From Alphaproteobacteria bacterium (GTDB lineage Bacteria; Pseudomonadota; Alphaproteobacteria; UBA828): a stretch of 64,000 nucleotides of DNA. Each line of letters starts with the position of its first letter. Positions within the stretch are counted from its first letter, which is position 1. The notes beneath the pieces are model-generated. The model searched no databases. It saw nothing but the letters and a program-made list of their open reading frames with translations, and was not told where the DNA came from. The translations under genes and the position numbers were made by a program. The stretch spans positions 192,001-256,000 of the forward strand of contig CAXXMU010000006.1 in the NCBI GenBank assembly GCA_963667785.2, given 5' to 3'. This document shows positions 62,046 through 64,000 of this stretch, piece after piece.

Positions 62046-64000
62046 GTGCAGAGCGAATTCGTCGCCACCGCCTGCCCCCACGACTGCCCGTCCACCTGCG
62101 CGCTGGAGGTGGAGCGCCTGGCTGCCGACCGGATCGGCGCGGTCAGGGGCGCGCGGGAGAACGACTACACCGCCGGCGTGATCTGCGCCAAGGTCGCGCG
62201 CTACGCCGAGCGCGTGCACCATCCGGGCCGGCTCGCGCAGCCACTGCAGCGCACAGGCGAGAAAGGCGCGGGCGAGTTCCGCCCGATCGGCTGGGACGAC
62301 GCGCTCGACGCCATCGCCGAGGCCTTCGTCCGCGCCACGGAGAAGGACGGGCCCGAGGCGGTGTGGCCCTACTACTACGCCGGCACCATGGGCCTCGTGC
62401 AGCGCGACGGGATCAACCGGCTGCGCCACGTCATGGGCTATTCGCGACAGGACGAGACCATCTGCGCGCGCCTTTCCAGCGACGGCTGGTGGGCCGGCGT
62501 CGGCACCTATGTCGGCAGCGACCCACGCGAGATGGCGAAGGCGGACCTGATCGTCGTCTGGGGCTGCAACCCGGCGTCGACCCAGGTCAACGTGATGACC
62601 CACATCGCCAAGGCGCGGAAGACGCAGCAGGCGGCGCTGGTCGTGATCGACCCCTACGAGACCCGCACCGCCAGGGTGGCCGATCACCACGTGGCGCTCC
62701 GGCCCGGCACCGACGGCGCGCTCGCCTGCGGCATCATGCACGTGCTGTTCGCCGAGGGCTTCGCCGACCGCGCCTACCTCGCCCGCCATACCGACTGCCC
62801 GGACGAGCTGGAGGCCCATCTCGCGAGCCGGGGGCCGGAGTGGGCGGCGGCCATCACCGGCATCCCGGCGGCCGAGATCACCGCGCTCGCCCGCATGATC
62901 GGCCGGATCAAGCGCACCTACATCCGCCTCGGCTACGGCTTCACCCGCTCGCGCAACGGCGCCGCCAACATGCACGCCGCCACCTGCATCGCCGCCGTCA
63001 CCGGCGCCTGGCAGTACGAGGGCGGCGGCGCCATGCACACCAACAAGAGCGTCTACCGCATCGACGCCACGCTGATCGAGGGGCTCGACGCGCTCGACCG
63101 CTCGGTGCGGCTCCTCGACATGTCGCGCATCGGCCCGGTGCTGACCGGCGATGCGGGCGACCTCGGCGACGGCCCCCCGGTCGCCGCCACGATCATGCAG
63201 AACGTGAACCCGGCGGCGGTGGCGCCCGAATCGGCCAAGGTGCGCAAGGGGCTCGTGCGCGAGGACCTCTTCCTCGCCGTGCATGAGCAGTTCATGACCG
63301 ACACCGCGCGCTACGCCGACATCGTGCTGCCGGCGACGACCTTTCTCGAGCATGACGACATCTATGTCGGCGGCGGCCACAGCTACCTGCTGATGGGCGC
63401 GCGGATGATCGAGCCCCACGCCGAATCGCGCTCCAATCACGACGTGATCCGCGCGCTCGCCAAGCGCCTCGGCGCCGAGCATCCGGGCTTCGACATGACC
63501 GCGTGGGAGCTGATCGACGCGACGCTCAAGCGCTCGGGCCACCCGGACGCGGCGACGCTGAAGGCCGAGCGCTGGAAGGACTGCATGCCGGACTTCGAGA
63601 CCGCCCATCACCTCAACGGCTTCGGCTGGCCGGACGGGCGCTTCCGCTTCAAGCCGCAGTGGGCGGCGATGGGGCCGCGCGGCGCCGAGATGCCGGCGCT
63701 GCCGGACCACATGGCGGTGACCGAGGCGCCGGACGCCGAGCACCCCTTCCGCCTCGTCACGGCGCCGGCGCACAACTACCTCAACTCGAGCTTCACCGAG
63801 ACGCCCACGAGCCAGACCAAGGAGGAGCGGCCGTCCGCCCTCTTCCACCCCGGCGACGCCCGCGACCTCGGCTTCCGGGACGGCGACCGCATCCGCATCG
63901 GCAACCGGCGCGGCTCCATCCTGCTCCACGCCCGCGTCGCCGGCGGCAACGGCGCGGCGCCGGGCAACGGCGGCGGCAACGGCCAGCAGCGCGGCACCGT
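62046..64000 (+). CDS. Molybdopterin (bis-MGD) oxidoreductase family protein, truncated at window end; absent from the ORF track
   Basis: GAGGAG RBS, GTG 62046; CPHDCPSTC...CAKV 4Fe-4S motif, WGCNP, IDPY, PGTDGALA, ADIVLPA, LNSSF; no stop seen before 64000. Confidence 0.92.
   Translation, partial: MQSEFVATACPHDCPSTCALEVERLAADRIGAVRGARENDYTAGVICAKVARYAERVHHPGRLAQPLQRTGEKGAGEFRPIGWDDALDAIAEAFVRATEKDGPEAVWPYYYAGTMGLVQRDGINRLRHVMGYSRQDETICARLSSDGWWAGVGTYVGSDPREMAKADLIVVWGCNPASTQVNVMTHIAKARKTQQAALVVIDPYETRTARVADHHVALRPGTDGALACGIMHVLFAEGFADRAYLARHTDCPDELEAHLASRGPEWAAAITGIPAAEITALARMIGRIKRTYIRLGYGFTRSRNGAANMHAATCIAAVTGAWQYEGGGAMHTNKSVYRIDATLIEGLDALDRSVRLLDMSRIGPVLTGDAGDLGDGPPVAATIMQNVNPAAVAPESAKVRKGLVREDLFLAVHEQFMTDTARYADIVLPATTFLEHDDIYVGGGHSYLLMGARMIEPHAESRSNHDVIRALAKRLGAEHPGFDMTAWELIDATLKRSGHPDAATLKAERWKDCMPDFETAHHLNGFGWPDGRFRFKPQWAAMGPRGAEMPALPDHMAVTEAPDAEHPFRLVTAPAHNYLNSSFTETPTSQTKEERPSALFHPGDARDLGFRDGDRIRIGNRRGSILLHARVAGGNGAAPGNGGGNGQQRGT

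Overview
High-GC alphaproteobacterial chromosome segment, probably Rhodospirillales-like. This is inferred from the GAAC-N7-GTAC SOS box, Irr, the DUF1476/zeta subunit, a class II DAHP synthase and purCSQL-bolA-grxD synteny. The left part (about 0.1-31 kb) is accessory nutrient uptake and catabolism. It holds a sugar ABC operon with an isomerase and a PfkB kinase, bracketed by IS3-family scars. It also holds a more AT-rich amine-catabolic island, a Liv-type ABC transporter, ibpA with a ROSE thermometer, and small transporter/enzyme genes. The island encodes a trimethylamine-dehydrogenase-fold flavoenzyme with altered active-site residues, a PLP enzyme with the signatures of alpha-amino-epsilon-caprolactam racemase, a CUT1 ABC system, a phytoene-dehydrogenase-like oxidoreductase, a GcvT-family gene scar and two tiny membrane ORFs. 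The middle (31-52 kb) is core genome: alaS, recA, tRNA-Ile2, gor, DAHP synthase, pncB, nadE, cysS, trmJ, rpsD, grxD, bolA, purLQSC. The right end has a ComDE-like decarboxylase, two TbpB-like surface lipoproteins, an orphan CoxL-like subunit, a serine hydrolase, irr-rubrerythrin with an ICE box and a truncated molybdopterin oxidoreductase. Three families of small palindromic repeats occur. One is a ~179-bp MITE-like element whose three copies all overlap TAG stop codons, and one copy has an inverted core. There is also an orphan, 10-bp-phased GGGAT array. No CRISPR array, prophage or intact transposase was seen. All family calls come from motif recognition by eye and recalled reference sequences; no database search was run.
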